A model generated the notes under the pieces. The model worked only from the letters and a program-made list of their open reading frames with translations. It was not told where the DNA came from and searched no databases. Positions 18,630 to 27,866 of a stretch of 64,000 nucleotides of DNA are shown here, piece after piece. Both the position numbers and the translations under genes were made by a program. The DNA comes from Bacteroidales bacterium (lineage in GTDB: Bacteria; Bacteroidota; Bacteroidia; Bacteroidales; VadinHA17), in NCBI GenBank assembly GCA_011620595.1, contig WOYX01000024.1:10984-74983 (forward strand). Direction: 5' to 3'. How positions within the stretch are numbered: the first letter of the stretch is position 1; each line of letters begins with the position of its first letter.

Positions 18630-18985
18630 GTGAGCAGAAGGCAAACAGGTTCGGTTTCGCCATTAACCGCAGCAGAGCCATCAACTATGACACCTCTGAC
18701 CGAAAGGTGAGGGAGTATGTCACTATGCGGGAGCCCAGCTTCAGACTCTGTTTTGCCTGCGGAGGATGCACCGCCACCTGCACTGCGGGGCAGCATGCCT
18801 CCTTCAACCTGCGGAGGATGAATACCTACATTCGTCGCGGTGAGATAGATTCTCTCCGTGAGGAGGTAGCACGCTGCATGCTGTGCGGCAAATGCCTGCT
18901 CGTCTGTCCGCGCGGGGTCAACACCCGCAACGTGGTTGCAACGACTGCCGAAGCATTAAGAAAACTGGACAGAAATGAACTCTGA
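18626..18985 (+). CDS. Small 4Fe-4S ferredoxin-domain protein
   Basis: CFACGGCTATCTAG and CMLCGKCLLVCPRG. The start is placed at the ATG at 18626 (MSEQKANRF), which forms an ATGA overlap with the HdrA-like stop. The track start at 18542 lies inside the preceding gene. Confidence 0.6.
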   Translation: MSEQKANRFGFAINRSRAINYDTSDRKVREYVTMREPSFRLCFACGGCTATCTAGQHASFNLRRMNTYIRRGEIDSLREEVARCMLCGKCLLVCPRGVNTRNVVATTAEALRKLDRNEL

Positions 18986-20870
18986 TATCTTCGTCTGGCC
19001 GTTTAATTTAGGACTCTATTTCATACTTATATACAGTGTTGTAAGGAGTACCATATGGTTCCGCAACCTGTCACGGGCAGACAAGCTGCGGCTGCAGCGC
19101 GGTTTCTTCGGCATGCCCTTCATGCAGAGCATCAGGGAGATATTCATGGAGAGCCTGCTGCATCGCCGGATCTTCAAAAAGAATCCCGTACTGGGTTACA
19201 TGCACATGAGCCTCGCTTTCGGTTGGTTCCTGCTGATAGTATTCGGTACCATTGAGGCAGACTTTTTCGGGGAGCGACATCTTAATCCGCCATCCCATGC
19301 CATCTTCTTCCGCTGGTTCAATCCCGAACACGGGGCGTCCGGACTGGCTGCCATCTACGGTCACTGGATGGATTTCCTCCTTATCTTCATACTGTCAGGA
19401 CTGCTGCTGGCCGTTGTCAAGAGGTTTATCCCCGGCATGATGGGTATGAAGAAGACCACAAGGCATACCTGGAGTGACCGTATTGCATTGATAAGCCTCT
19501 GGCTCATCTTCCCCTCACGGCTGCTGGCGGAGAGCTTCACCTGTGGAGCCCACGGCAACGGAGGCTTCCTCACCGGCAATCTGGGCGCTGCGCTGGCATC
19601 ATTTCTCCCGGCAGCTGACATTGCCCCCTACTTCTGGTGGCTATACTCCCTTTCACTGGGAACGTTTTTCTTCCTTCTGCCGGTAACGCGCTACTTTCAC
19701 ATACCCGTGGAGCTGCTCCTCATATTCATGCGCAACTCCGGCATCACCACGGCCGACCGGTGGTCTGCCTATACGGAGGTACAGACCCATGCCTGTTCTT
19801 CATGCGGCATCTGCATCAGTGTCTGCCAGATGAGCCGGGCGGCGGGCATAAACGACATGCAGTCGGTGTACTTTGTAAAGGGTCTGAGAAATGAAAGGGA
19901 TATTGCTGCAATCACAGCCAACTGCCTGATGTGCGGACGTTGTGATGAGGTTTGTCCAGTAGGCATTGAGCTCGGCCCGTTGCGCCTCATTGAGAGGCGT
20001 CAGGGGGAGAGAGAGGTAACCAAACTGAAATTCTTTGACAGATACGGGCTTATGCGGCGAAGGGAACACATTGAGAGAGAGCCGACACAGTCGTACAGTT
20101 ACCTGACGCCCGAAGAGGAAAAGCCGGCAGACGTGCTCTTCTTTGCAGGCTGCATGACCCATCTGACTCCGTCGGTTATTGCAGCCATGAAGAAGATAAT
20201 GGATAGTGCAGGGGTGAGGTACCGTTTTATGGATGAGCAGGGAGGAGTCTGCTGCGGCAGGCCTCTGATGCTTGCCGGCAGGGACAGGGAGGCGCGGGAG
20301 CTTATCAACCATAACTCTGACATCATCTGGAAGTCGGGAGCAAAGACGCTTGTGACATCATGCCCCATTTGCTACAAGGTATTCAGGGAGAGCTATTACC
20401 TTGAGGCAGAGGTGATGCATCACTCCGAATTCATCAACCTCCTCATTGAGGAGGGGTCGCTGCGGCCGGGTTACCTTCATCGCAGGGTAGTCTATCATGA
20501 TCCCTGTGACCTTGGCCGCGGATCGGGCATATACGACGAGCCCAGGGCCGTCATCAGTTATGTGGCCGAACTTCAGCCGGTACCGGAGGAGAGATCCATG
20601 TCGCTATGCTGCGGCGGCAGCCTGGGAAACCTTACGCTTTCATCGGGAAAACGTTCCCTGATAGCTGCTGATGCTGCCAGAATCCTGACACAGTCGGATC
20701 CTGACGAAGTGATAACTTCCTGCCCCCTCTGCAAAAAAACCTTTGCCAAGGCCACAGAGACCAGGGTGAGCGATATCGCCGAACTGGTTGCCGCAGCCCT
20801 CCCGAAGCCTGTCAGGAAGACGAGGGGCCGGGCCTCACTTGCTGCCGTCAAAACGGTGGCTGACGGTTGA
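18975..20870 (+). CDS. Membrane-anchored Fe-S oxidoreductase: N-terminal polytopic domain fused to an HdrC-like 2x[4Fe-4S] module and two CCG domains (HdrD/DsrK/HmeD-like)
   Basis: About 5-6 hydrophobic helices in the first ~250 aa. These are followed by CSSCGICISVCQ, CLMCGRCDEVCPVG, FFAGCM...VCCGRPL...TSCPICY and YHDPCDLGRG...LCCGGSL...TSCPLCK. The gene overlaps the upstream gene by 11 nt. Confidence 0.7.
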   Translation: MNSDIFVWPFNLGLYFILIYSVVRSTIWFRNLSRADKLRLQRGFFGMPFMQSIREIFMESLLHRRIFKKNPVLGYMHMSLAFGWFLLIVFGTIEADFFGERHLNPPSHAIFFRWFNPEHGASGLAAIYGHWMDFLLIFILSGLLLAVVKRFIPGMMGMKKTTRHTWSDRIALISLWLIFPSRLLAESFTCGAHGNGGFLTGNLGAALASFLPAADIAPYFWWLYSLSLGTFFFLLPVTRYFHIPVELLLIFMRNSGITTADRWSAYTEVQTHACSSCGICISVCQMSRAAGINDMQSVYFVKGLRNERDIAAITANCLMCGRCDEVCPVGIELGPLRLIERRQGEREVTKLKFFDRYGLMRRREHIEREPTQSYSYLTPEEEKPADVLFFAGCMTHLTPSVIAAMKKIMDSAGVRYRFMDEQGGVCCGRPLMLAGRDREARELINHNSDIIWKSGAKTLVTSCPICYKVFRESYYLEAEVMHHSEFINLLIEEGSLRPGYLHRRVVYHDPCDLGRGSGIYDEPRAVISYVAELQPVPEERSMSLCCGGSLGNLTLSSGKRSLIAADAARILTQSDPDEVITSCPLCKKTFAKATETRVSDIAELVAAALPKPVRKTRGRASLAAVKTVADG

Positions 20871-21008
20871 TAACTTTTTCTCACTTTTAATTAATTGATT
20901 ATTTGATGTTTCATATATCAGAAAATTACATTTACTTTGAGGTTGTCTTTTCCGGTTGAACATTGGAATGGTTTTTGTTGTTTTTTATGTTTCAAAAGGA
21001 CCCGTAGG

Positions 21009-21566
21009 ATGAAATCAATAATCAGGATAACAGGCGTATTTGCCCTTACCGTGCTTCTAGGCATAACCTCATGCAAGCAGGAGGGTTCATCATCGGCCGA
21101 TGTCGGCAATCAGGGCGGGAGTGACAAGATAGCTCTCAACGACGGTGATGTAGTTCTCAGGATAGAAGATGCTGATCTCCTCCAGGTAGATTACAATCCG
21201 CAGTATAACACTGCTGAGTGGCAGTTCACCGTTGAGGAGCCCGGACGTTATGATGTATGGCTTTCCAGTCTTACCTGTGACACTGCCCATCTCCGCTATG
21301 AGGATAATGTCATCATCACGGCCGGAGACACCAGGTTGACCAAGAGGCCTGTGGGCGATCAGATTGTGAAGGATGACAAGAGTGTCACTGAGCCCTGGTA
21401 CAGGGCCGATTCACATATGGGATCAATTTTCTTCAGCCAGCCGGGTGAATACCAGATACAGGTTATCAGCGACAGGGTGGAACCGCATCCCTCGGATGTC
21501 TCCAGGCTGAGTGTTGATAAGCACACGCTTATCAACTCAGTGATCCTTAAGCCGAAGGTCAACTGA
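21009..21566 (+). CDS. Hypothetical lipoprotein (possibly a beta-sandwich or carbohydrate-binding-like fold)
   Basis: The start is placed at the ATG at 21009 (MKSIIRITGVFALTVLLGITSC, signal plus lipobox). No catalytic motif was recognised. Its stop overlaps the convergent purL stop by 8 nt. Confidence 0.5.
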   Translation: MKSIIRITGVFALTVLLGITSCKQEGSSSADVGNQGGSDKIALNDGDVVLRIEDADLLQVDYNPQYNTAEWQFTVEEPGRYDVWLSSLTCDTAHLRYEDNVIITAGDTRLTKRPVGDQIVKDDKSVTEPWYRADSHMGSIFFSQPGEYQIQVISDRVEPHPSDVSRLSVDKHTLINSVILKPKVN

Positions 21567-24500
21567 TCTTTTTCTCAATCCATTTTCTGGCATTTACTAA
21601 GGGCAACATCCAGGGAGTGACCTGGTCGTTGTGTCTCTCTGCCGGGTAGTATGCGCACTGCCATGGAAAATATGCCCTTTCGAGGTGCGGCATCATAGCC
21701 AGGTGCCTGCCGTCAGGCGAGCAGATTCCTGCCGTATTGTACATTGAGCCGTTAGGGTTGGCAGGATAGCGGCTGCTGTTATACTTCATGGCTATATTGT
21801 AACTCTCCTCAGGTCCGGGAAAAACAAACCGTCCCTCACCGTGGGCTACCCATATGCCGAGCTGCATCCCCTCAAGCCCGGAGAGCATGACAGAGGTGGA
21901 CGGAAGAATTTTCACCCCCAGGAAGTCAGATTCAAACTTATGTGAGGCATTATGTTCCAGACGAGGCATCAGACTGTGATCAGGGACAATAAGTCCCAGT
22001 TCAGCCATCAGCTGGCAGCCGTTGCAGACGCCTAGCGACAGAGTATCGTCCCTGCTGTAGAATTTCTCAAGTGCCAGGCGGGCCTTCTCATTGTACCTGA
22101 AGGCTCCGGCCCACCCTTTTGCTGAGCCAAGCACATCGGAGTTGGAAAACCCTCCCACAAAGACAATCATGTTAATCTCTTTCAGGGTCTCGCGCCCCGA
22201 AATCAGGTCAGTCATGTGCACATCCTTCACGTCAAAACCGGCGAGCCAGAGTGCATAAGCCATCTCCCTGTCGCCGTTGACTCCCTTTTCCCTGATGATG
22301 GCAGCTTTAACCCCGCTGACAGGCTTGCGGTCAGGGGTTATGCCCAGAGATGAGAAACTGCCGCCAAAACCCTTCAGTTCAAATTCAATTCTCTTGTTTC
22401 CGTGGTTCTCAAACCTCTCTTTTGCCAGCTCAGTGCCGCTCTGTCTCCGGTCGAGAAGGTATGAGCTGCGGTACCATGATGAGCGGCACGTGTCAATGTC
22501 AAACTCAAAACGGGATTCACCGTTGGTTACAAAGATATTCCTCTCTGCTACCGGGTGACCTATGGAGACAAAGCTGATCATCCTGTCGCACAGATATTCC
22601 TCTGCATCCATCTCATCAGACACCTGGATTATCACACCGGGGTTCTGGCTGTAGAGCAGCCGAACCGTATCACTCTCGCTGATCTCTGTCAGGTTCACTG
22701 CCAGACCTCCGTCACGGTTTGCAAAGCACATCTCAAGAAGGGTGGTAATCATTCCTCCGGCTGAGATATCATGGCCGGCAATGATCATTTTCCTGTCGAT
22801 CATATCCTGCAGTGCCTCAAAGACCATTGCAAAGTATTCCGGATCACTCACCCCAGGTGCAGTTGTTCCCGGGCTTCCCAGAATCTGTGCCAGTGCGCTG
22901 CCGCCCAGGGCCGGACTCATCCTGCTCATGTCGATATAGAACAGGGCCGTTGATGGGTCATTGCGCAGCACCGGTTCAACGATGCCGCGAATATCTTTCA
23001 CCTCAGCGGCAGAGCTTATGATGACCGTCCCCGGACTGTAAACCACGCCGTCAGGATATTTCTGAGTCATGGAAAGGCTGTCCTTGCCTGTGGGGATATT
23101 TATACCGAGGGCTATGGCGAAATCGCTTGCTGCCTTCACGGCTTCATAGAGTCTGGCATCTTCGCCGGGGTTTTTGCATGGCCACATCCAGTTGGCTGAG
23201 AGGGAGACGCCCTTCAGTCTGTCAGCCAGAGGGGCCCAGACAATGTTTGTAAGTGCTTCTGCTATTGAGAGGACAGAGCCTGCCGCCGCGCTGACAAGAG
23301 CTGCCGCCGGTGCATGCCCCAGTGCCGTCGCCATGCCTCTTGTGCCGCGGTAGTCAAGTGCAATTGCTCCCAGATTGTTCAGTGGCAGCTGCAGCTCGCC
23401 GGCGCACTGCTGTTTTGCTATTCGGCCCGTGACGGAGCGGTCGACCTTATTGGTCAGCCAGTCCTTGCATGCCACCTCCTCCAGTTGCAGCACCGCATCG
23501 ATATACTTCAGGGGATCTGACGGGTCATATGCCAGTTCACTGAACTGGATCCTTATGGTGGAATCTGTCATCACCGTCCGTGGCGGCTCGCCGAAGAAGT
23601 CACTGAGCTGCAGGTCTATCGGCTTCTCACCGGTAGCGGTATTATAGAATGTGAACTGGTTGTCTCCGGTCACCTCCCCGATGACATAGAGAGGGGCGCG
23701 TTCACGTGAGGCAACTCCTGATAATGTATTCACATCGCCGGGTTTTATCACCAGACCCATTCTCTCCTGGGATTCGTTGCCTATAATCTCCCGCGCTGAG
23801 AGAGTGGGATCGCCCACAGGCAGCCTGGCTATGTCAACCTTCCCGCCTCTCTCCTCCACCAGTTCGGAGAGGCAGTTGAGGTGGCCGCCGGCACCGTGGT
23901 CGTGCAGTGATATCACCGGGTTACTGTCGCTCTCCGTCATAGCGCGCAGTGCGTTGTAGACTCTCTTCTGCATCTCGGGGTTGGCGCGCTGTACGGCGTT
24001 GAGCTCAATAGCGCTCTCGTAGGCGCCGGTATCCACTGACGATACTGCGCCCCCTCCCATGCCTATGCGGTAGTTGTCGCCTCCCAGAAGCACTATCAGG
24101 TCACCTTTCTGAGGCGTATCTTTCGTGCTGTCTCTCTTTTTTCCCAGCCCAATGCCGCCCGCGAGCATGATAACCTTGTCATAGCCATAGCGTCGCATTT
24201 CTCCAAAGTGTTCAAATGTCAGCACCGACCCGCAGATGAGCGGCTGGCCAAACTTGTTCCCAAAGTCGCTGGCTCCGTTGGAGGCTTTGATGAGTATCTC
24301 TTCCGGTGTCTGGTAGAGCCAATGACGGGGCTCGGTATGCCCTTCCCACTGCCGCGGGCCGTCAGGCCTTGGATAGGAAGTCATGTATACTGCCGTACCT
24401 GCTATGGGCATGGCCCCCTTGCCGCCCGCAATGCGGTCGCGTATCTCGCCCCCGGTGCCGGTGGAGGCTCCGTTAAAGGGCTCCACAGTGGTGGGGAAGT

Positions 24501-25260
24501 TATGGGTCTCGGCCTTGAGCGAGAGAACAGATTCGAAATCGCTCACCACAAACCAGTCAGGTTTATCCTGTGTGGCCGGTGCAAACTGCTCGGCAGACGG
24601 CCCGTCAAGAAAGGCACAGTTGTCCCTGTAGGCCGAAGCAACATGGTTGGGATTCTTCCGGGTGGTCTTTTTTATCAGACTGAAGAGTGAGTGGGAATGC
24701 TCCTTCCCGTCAATGATAAAGGTGCCGTTGAATATCTTGTGACGGCAGTGCTCGGAATTCACTTGTGAGAACCCAAAGACTTCACTGTCAGTAAGTTTTC
24801 TTCCCAGTCTCAGGCTCAGCTGTTCAAGATAGAGTATCTCATCGGCACTGAGGGCCAGACCCTCCCGGAGATTGTAGGCAGCAATGTCTTCTATTTCCGT
24901 CACGGGCTCCGGCTCATGGTGAACGGTGAAGATCTCACTGTCAAGACCATGATATACCCTCTGCAGCATCGGATCATGATCAGGATTCTCACCTGCAGCA
25001 GCAATGAACTCTTCAATCCGTGAGATACCTGTTATGGCCATATTCTGGGTTATCTCCACCGCGTTGGTGCTCCAGGGAGATATCATCTCGCGTCGGGGGC
25101 CGACAAAGGTGCCTTCAACAGTGTCGGTACCTGTAATGCCGGCATTGCCGAACAACCACGAGAGCCTGTCTGTCTCACCGGAGGAGAGCTGCCTGTCTGC
25201 CTCTACGGCGATAATGTTTCCCGCGGAGGTTCTGAAGAAAAGTAGAGTCTTGCTGGTCAT
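21559..25260 (-). CDS. purL: Phosphoribosylformylglycinamidine (FGAM) synthase, single-chain large form
   Basis: 1233 aa. It has the N-terminal, duplicated AIR-synthase-like and C-terminal glutamine amidotransferase layout (ETHNFPTTVEPFNGASTGTGGEIRD; GVCNGCQLM with the nucleophile Cys; HGEGRF). Confidence 0.95.
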   Translation of the reverse strand: MTSKTLLFFRTSAGNIIAVEADRQLSSGETDRLSWLFGNAGITGTDTVEGTFVGPRREMISPWSTNAVEITQNMAITGISRIEEFIAAAGENPDHDPMLQRVYHGLDSEIFTVHHEPEPVTEIEDIAAYNLREGLALSADEILYLEQLSLRLGRKLTDSEVFGFSQVNSEHCRHKIFNGTFIIDGKEHSHSLFSLIKKTTRKNPNHVASAYRDNCAFLDGPSAEQFAPATQDKPDWFVVSDFESVLSLKAETHNFPTTVEPFNGASTGTGGEIRDRIAGGKGAMPIAGTAVYMTSYPRPDGPRQWEGHTEPRHWLYQTPEEILIKASNGASDFGNKFGQPLICGSVLTFEHFGEMRRYGYDKVIMLAGGIGLGKKRDSTKDTPQKGDLIVLLGGDNYRIGMGGGAVSSVDTGAYESAIELNAVQRANPEMQKRVYNALRAMTESDSNPVISLHDHGAGGHLNCLSELVEERGGKVDIARLPVGDPTLSAREIIGNESQERMGLVIKPGDVNTLSGVASRERAPLYVIGEVTGDNQFTFYNTATGEKPIDLQLSDFFGEPPRTVMTDSTIRIQFSELAYDPSDPLKYIDAVLQLEEVACKDWLTNKVDRSVTGRIAKQQCAGELQLPLNNLGAIALDYRGTRGMATALGHAPAAALVSAAAGSVLSIAEALTNIVWAPLADRLKGVSLSANWMWPCKNPGEDARLYEAVKAASDFAIALGINIPTGKDSLSMTQKYPDGVVYSPGTVIISSAAEVKDIRGIVEPVLRNDPSTALFYIDMSRMSPALGGSALAQILGSPGTTAPGVSDPEYFAMVFEALQDMIDRKMIIAGHDISAGGMITTLLEMCFANRDGGLAVNLTEISESDTVRLLYSQNPGVIIQVSDEMDAEEYLCDRMISFVSIGHPVAERNIFVTNGESRFEFDIDTCRSSWYRSSYLLDRRQSGTELAKERFENHGNKRIEFELKGFGGSFSSLGITPDRKPVSGVKAAIIREKGVNGDREMAYALWLAGFDVKDVHMTDLISGRETLKEINMIVFVGGFSNSDVLGSAKGWAGAFRYNEKARLALEKFYSRDDTLSLGVCNGCQLMAELGLIVPDHSLMPRLEHNASHKFESDFLGVKILPSTSVMLSGLEGMQLGIWVAHGEGRFVFPGPEESYNIAMKYNSSRYPANPNGSMYNTAGICSPDGRHLAMMPHLERAYFPWQCAYYPAERHNDQVTPWMLPLVNARKWIEKKIS

Positions 25261-25501
25261 AATATGCTTATGGATAGAGTTTTGGCGATTAACTTCCTGC
25301 TTCTGCCGTCACCCTCAAAGATAATAAAACAACTGTTGTGGCTCTGCAGCTAATGCACGCTCGTTGAGAAATGACACTCCGCAAGAAACTCTGCCAGCGG
25401 GAAAATTCTCCTGCCGGAGAAATTCTGCCACCGGAGAAAGACTACCGGCACGACTGCACACTATCAGTGAGCGAAACAATAGCACTCCTCACTGCTCAGA
25501 T

Positions 25502-26830
25502 TCAGTTACCGAATCTGGGATTGACTATATTGTTGTATATCGAACCGAAAGTATATGTCAGACCTATGCCGGTCCCGATCTCATAGCCCGTTGCCTGTTC
25601 CCTCAGCCTCAGGAGTCTCTCGGCTTCCGACAGCTCTCCCTTTCTCAGGCTGAGCTGGTCATTAATGCGTGCCGCCTCGAGGTTGAGAGTGAGGGAGAGT
25701 CCCTTGAATATTCTTACGCGGGCAAAGAGGTCTGCGGCTACCATGTTTTTCGATAAGTCATGGAAGTAGTTAAGTCCCCGGAGCGAGAAGTAGATCGAAC
25801 CCCATTTCTTCTGCACCTGGTATGCGACCCTGATCTGATGTACGAAAAGATTCTCTCTGGTCTTGTTGTAAATGGTGGTGTCTGCGTAATTACTGTACTG
25901 GTAACCAATGCTGTAGAGGAACCTGAGCTGACGGTGGGTAGCCTCGGCATAGGGAAACAGATCATACTCTATTGAGGGCATGATCGAAGTATTGAAATCG
26001 TAGTTCTCGGATGTCGATGAGTTCATCTCCCAGATCAGTCCGGCGGACCAGTGGTCACCGAGGCTCTTTACCAACAGGTTTTCCAGTCTTTCGTAGCTTC
26101 TGAGGTAGGTTGTATCAAGATCTTCCTCAATGAATCTCTGTTTCGTATAGCTCTGGTCAAAATCGATCTCCAGCTTGAGGTCAGGGGTTACTTTTGTAAC
26201 TCTCAGCGAGTTTCTCAGGTTCATTCTCTTGTATGACTCTTCTGCATTATACTGCGGGCTTGTTGAGATCTCAAAGACCCAGTTTCTCCATCCGTCGATG
26301 ACCTCTTCCTGCTCGATGGCACTGCCGTGTGTTATGTCTATCTCATAAATTACCGGTGTCCTGCTTGCGAACCTCAGCAGGCCGGCCTTGAGAAGATTGG
26401 TGCGACGCTCCCTGATCTCCGTTGAGGTCTCGTAGGGGTTGCTCATATAGGTCAGGGTGTCGTCCATTCCCGCAAAAATGTCCATCCCGTGAAAAACGTA
26501 AGTATAAAGGTTGCCGCCATTGCCTGAGTTCTGCCGTGTGACAAGTACATATACCTGTGCTTCCCTTACATCCCTGACATAGTTTATCCACGGAATCTCC
26601 TGGCGGGTATAGCTCATGTCGCAGCTGCTGCAGTCGATGAACACCCTGGCGGCATCCTGTCTCAGGTTGATGGCAGGTTGTATATCTTGTTCCCCGGGGT
26701 TACCTGATGCAGGAGGGTCATTTTGCCTCAGGTTTCCTACGGGGGGAGGATTATCCTGGGCGGCTGCGGCGACTGAAAAAAGTGTTGTAAGTAGAAAAAA
26801 AAGCAGTAGTCTGATGTTGTTTTGAATCAT
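25502..26830 (-). CDS. Hypothetical outer-membrane (beta-barrel-like) protein
   Basis: Signal peptide (LLLFFLLTTLFSVAAAAQ), a low-complexity Pro/Asn/Gln linker, and alternating hydrophobic strands towards the C-terminus. No family was recognised. Confidence 0.45.
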   Translation of the reverse strand: MIQNNIRLLLFFLLTTLFSVAAAAQDNPPPVGNLRQNDPPASGNPGEQDIQPAINLRQDAARVFIDCSSCDMSYTRQEIPWINYVRDVREAQVYVLVTRQNSGNGGNLYTYVFHGMDIFAGMDDTLTYMSNPYETSTEIRERRTNLLKAGLLRFASRTPVIYEIDITHGSAIEQEEVIDGWRNWVFEISTSPQYNAEESYKRMNLRNSLRVTKVTPDLKLEIDFDQSYTKQRFIEEDLDTTYLRSYERLENLLVKSLGDHWSAGLIWEMNSSTSENYDFNTSIMPSIEYDLFPYAEATHRQLRFLYSIGYQYSNYADTTIYNKTRENLFVHQIRVAYQVQKKWGSIYFSLRGLNYFHDLSKNMVAADLFARVRIFKGLSLTLNLEAARINDQLSLRKGELSEAERLLRLREQATGYEIGTGIGLTYTFGSIYNNIVNPRFGN

Positions 26831-26868
26831 AAGATGTTGTGGCTGAATTTAAACAGCCGCAAATATAT

Positions 26869-27267
26869 TCAAAAGAACGGAGCAGGGAGATGTTTTATAG
26901 CAATTACGACAGATGGCGAATGCCAGTGGGTGTTGATTTCGGGCGCGCTGAACTGAAGATCACTCCCGGCGAAGCCAATCTCTTCGGGTGAAGGCAACTT
27001 GGGCGGAGCCGTTTTCTGAAAGTTACCTGCCGGTTTCTCTGACAGACTGAGAGTCAGGTCATTCTGTGTGAGCTTCTTCTTCCAGACCCTGGAGTAGGGA
27101 GTGAAGACGGTATAGGATATCACGTCCGCCTTCACCTCCTCGTTTCTTTCGACGATAACCTGGTCTTTGAAAGTGCGGAACGGGACTCCGGATTTTTCTG
27201 GCATCAGCCCGGTCTGGTGGTCGCTGCCGAACCAGAAGAGGACTACAGGTTCATCAGTCTTTGTCAT
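26869..27267 (-). pseudogene. Remnant of a deoxyribodipyrimidine photolyase/cryptochrome gene
   Basis: VVLFWFGSDHQTGL resembles the N-terminal WFRRDLRLxDNxGL motif. FKDQVIVERNEEVKADVISYTVFTPYSRVWKKKL resembles the photolyase YxVFTP(F/Y)xxxW block. The roughly 90 residues normally lying between these blocks are missing, and so is the entire C-terminal FAD-binding domain. Confidence 0.45.
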
Positions 27268-27859
27268 ACAGGTCAGTTATTGCTTCCTTTTGCATGTGAT
27301 TCTTTCTGAGCTTACGCCGGATCCGGGTGAAGACGAAGACAACCAAAAGCAGGAAGAGGGCAATAACGAAGAAGGGTATTACCAGCGAAAGGAGGGAAGT
27401 GCCTGTCGCGGCGACATTCTCGACGGTAGCCACCACGGGGTTGCCTATGCCGGCCGTAAGCTTTGTTGATGTGAGCCTGGTCAGGGCGCTGCCGCTCTGT
27501 ACCACGGCGGCGCTGCCTCCGCCTACTGCGGCGCCGGTGATCCACCTCATCAGCTCACTGTCAATCGGCAGTACGCTGGTCAGAAGCAGCGTCCCGGCAA
27601 CGACAGCCAGCGGGGTGGCTATGGTATCAAGAAGGTTGTCGACCACGGGGATATAATAGGCGATGATCTCCACCAGCGTGGCTGTGGCCAGTATGACAAT
27701 GGAGGTCAGGGAGGCAAGCCACATGAAGCTCTCATTCAGCGGCAGGAAGCCTGCTTTAGCCGCAACGGCGGCGACGAGCATTGGCACGAAGACCCGGAAG
27801 CCGGTGCTGGCTGCCAGCCCGATACCTATTGCCACTGCTGTGATTAGCTCAGTACTCAT
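27254..27859 (-). CDS. DUF4126-like integral membrane protein
   Basis: 201 aa with several helices. The N-terminal IGIGLAASTGFRVFVPMLVAAVAAKAGFL matches my recollection of the DUF4126 signature. Confidence 0.5.
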   Translation of the reverse strand: MSTELITAVAIGIGLAASTGFRVFVPMLVAAVAAKAGFLPLNESFMWLASLTSIVILATATLVEIIAYYIPVVDNLLDTIATPLAVVAGTLLLTSVLPIDSELMRWITGAAVGGGSAAVVQSGSALTRLTSTKLTAGIGNPVVATVENVAATGTSLLSLVIPFFVIALFLLLVVFVFTRIRRKLRKNHMQKEAITDLYDKD

Positions 27860-27866
27860 TGATTGT

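Noticed and set aside
15807-20870. Calling the cassette a sulfur-oxidising sHdr system or a methanogen-type heterodisulfide reductase
   Set aside because: Gene order and the short HdrA resemble sHdr. However, no lipoate-binding protein, DsrE/TusA or lipoate-maturation genes are seen nearby. The host is a Bacteroidota with no CoM/CoB context, and the last gene is a membrane fusion absent from both systems. Only a generic Hdr-like call is justified.
21559-21566. 8-nt overlap of the convergent lipoprotein and purL stop codons as a regulatory feature
   Set aside because: Tail-to-tail overlaps of a few bases are common in compact genomes. No hairpin or other structure is visible at the junction.
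25261-25501. Purine, ZTP or other riboswitch in the purL leader
   Set aside because: I read the minus strand of this region and found none of the conserved cores I know for the purine or ZTP (pfl) classes. I found only a 7-bp hairpin and the 17-nt repeats.
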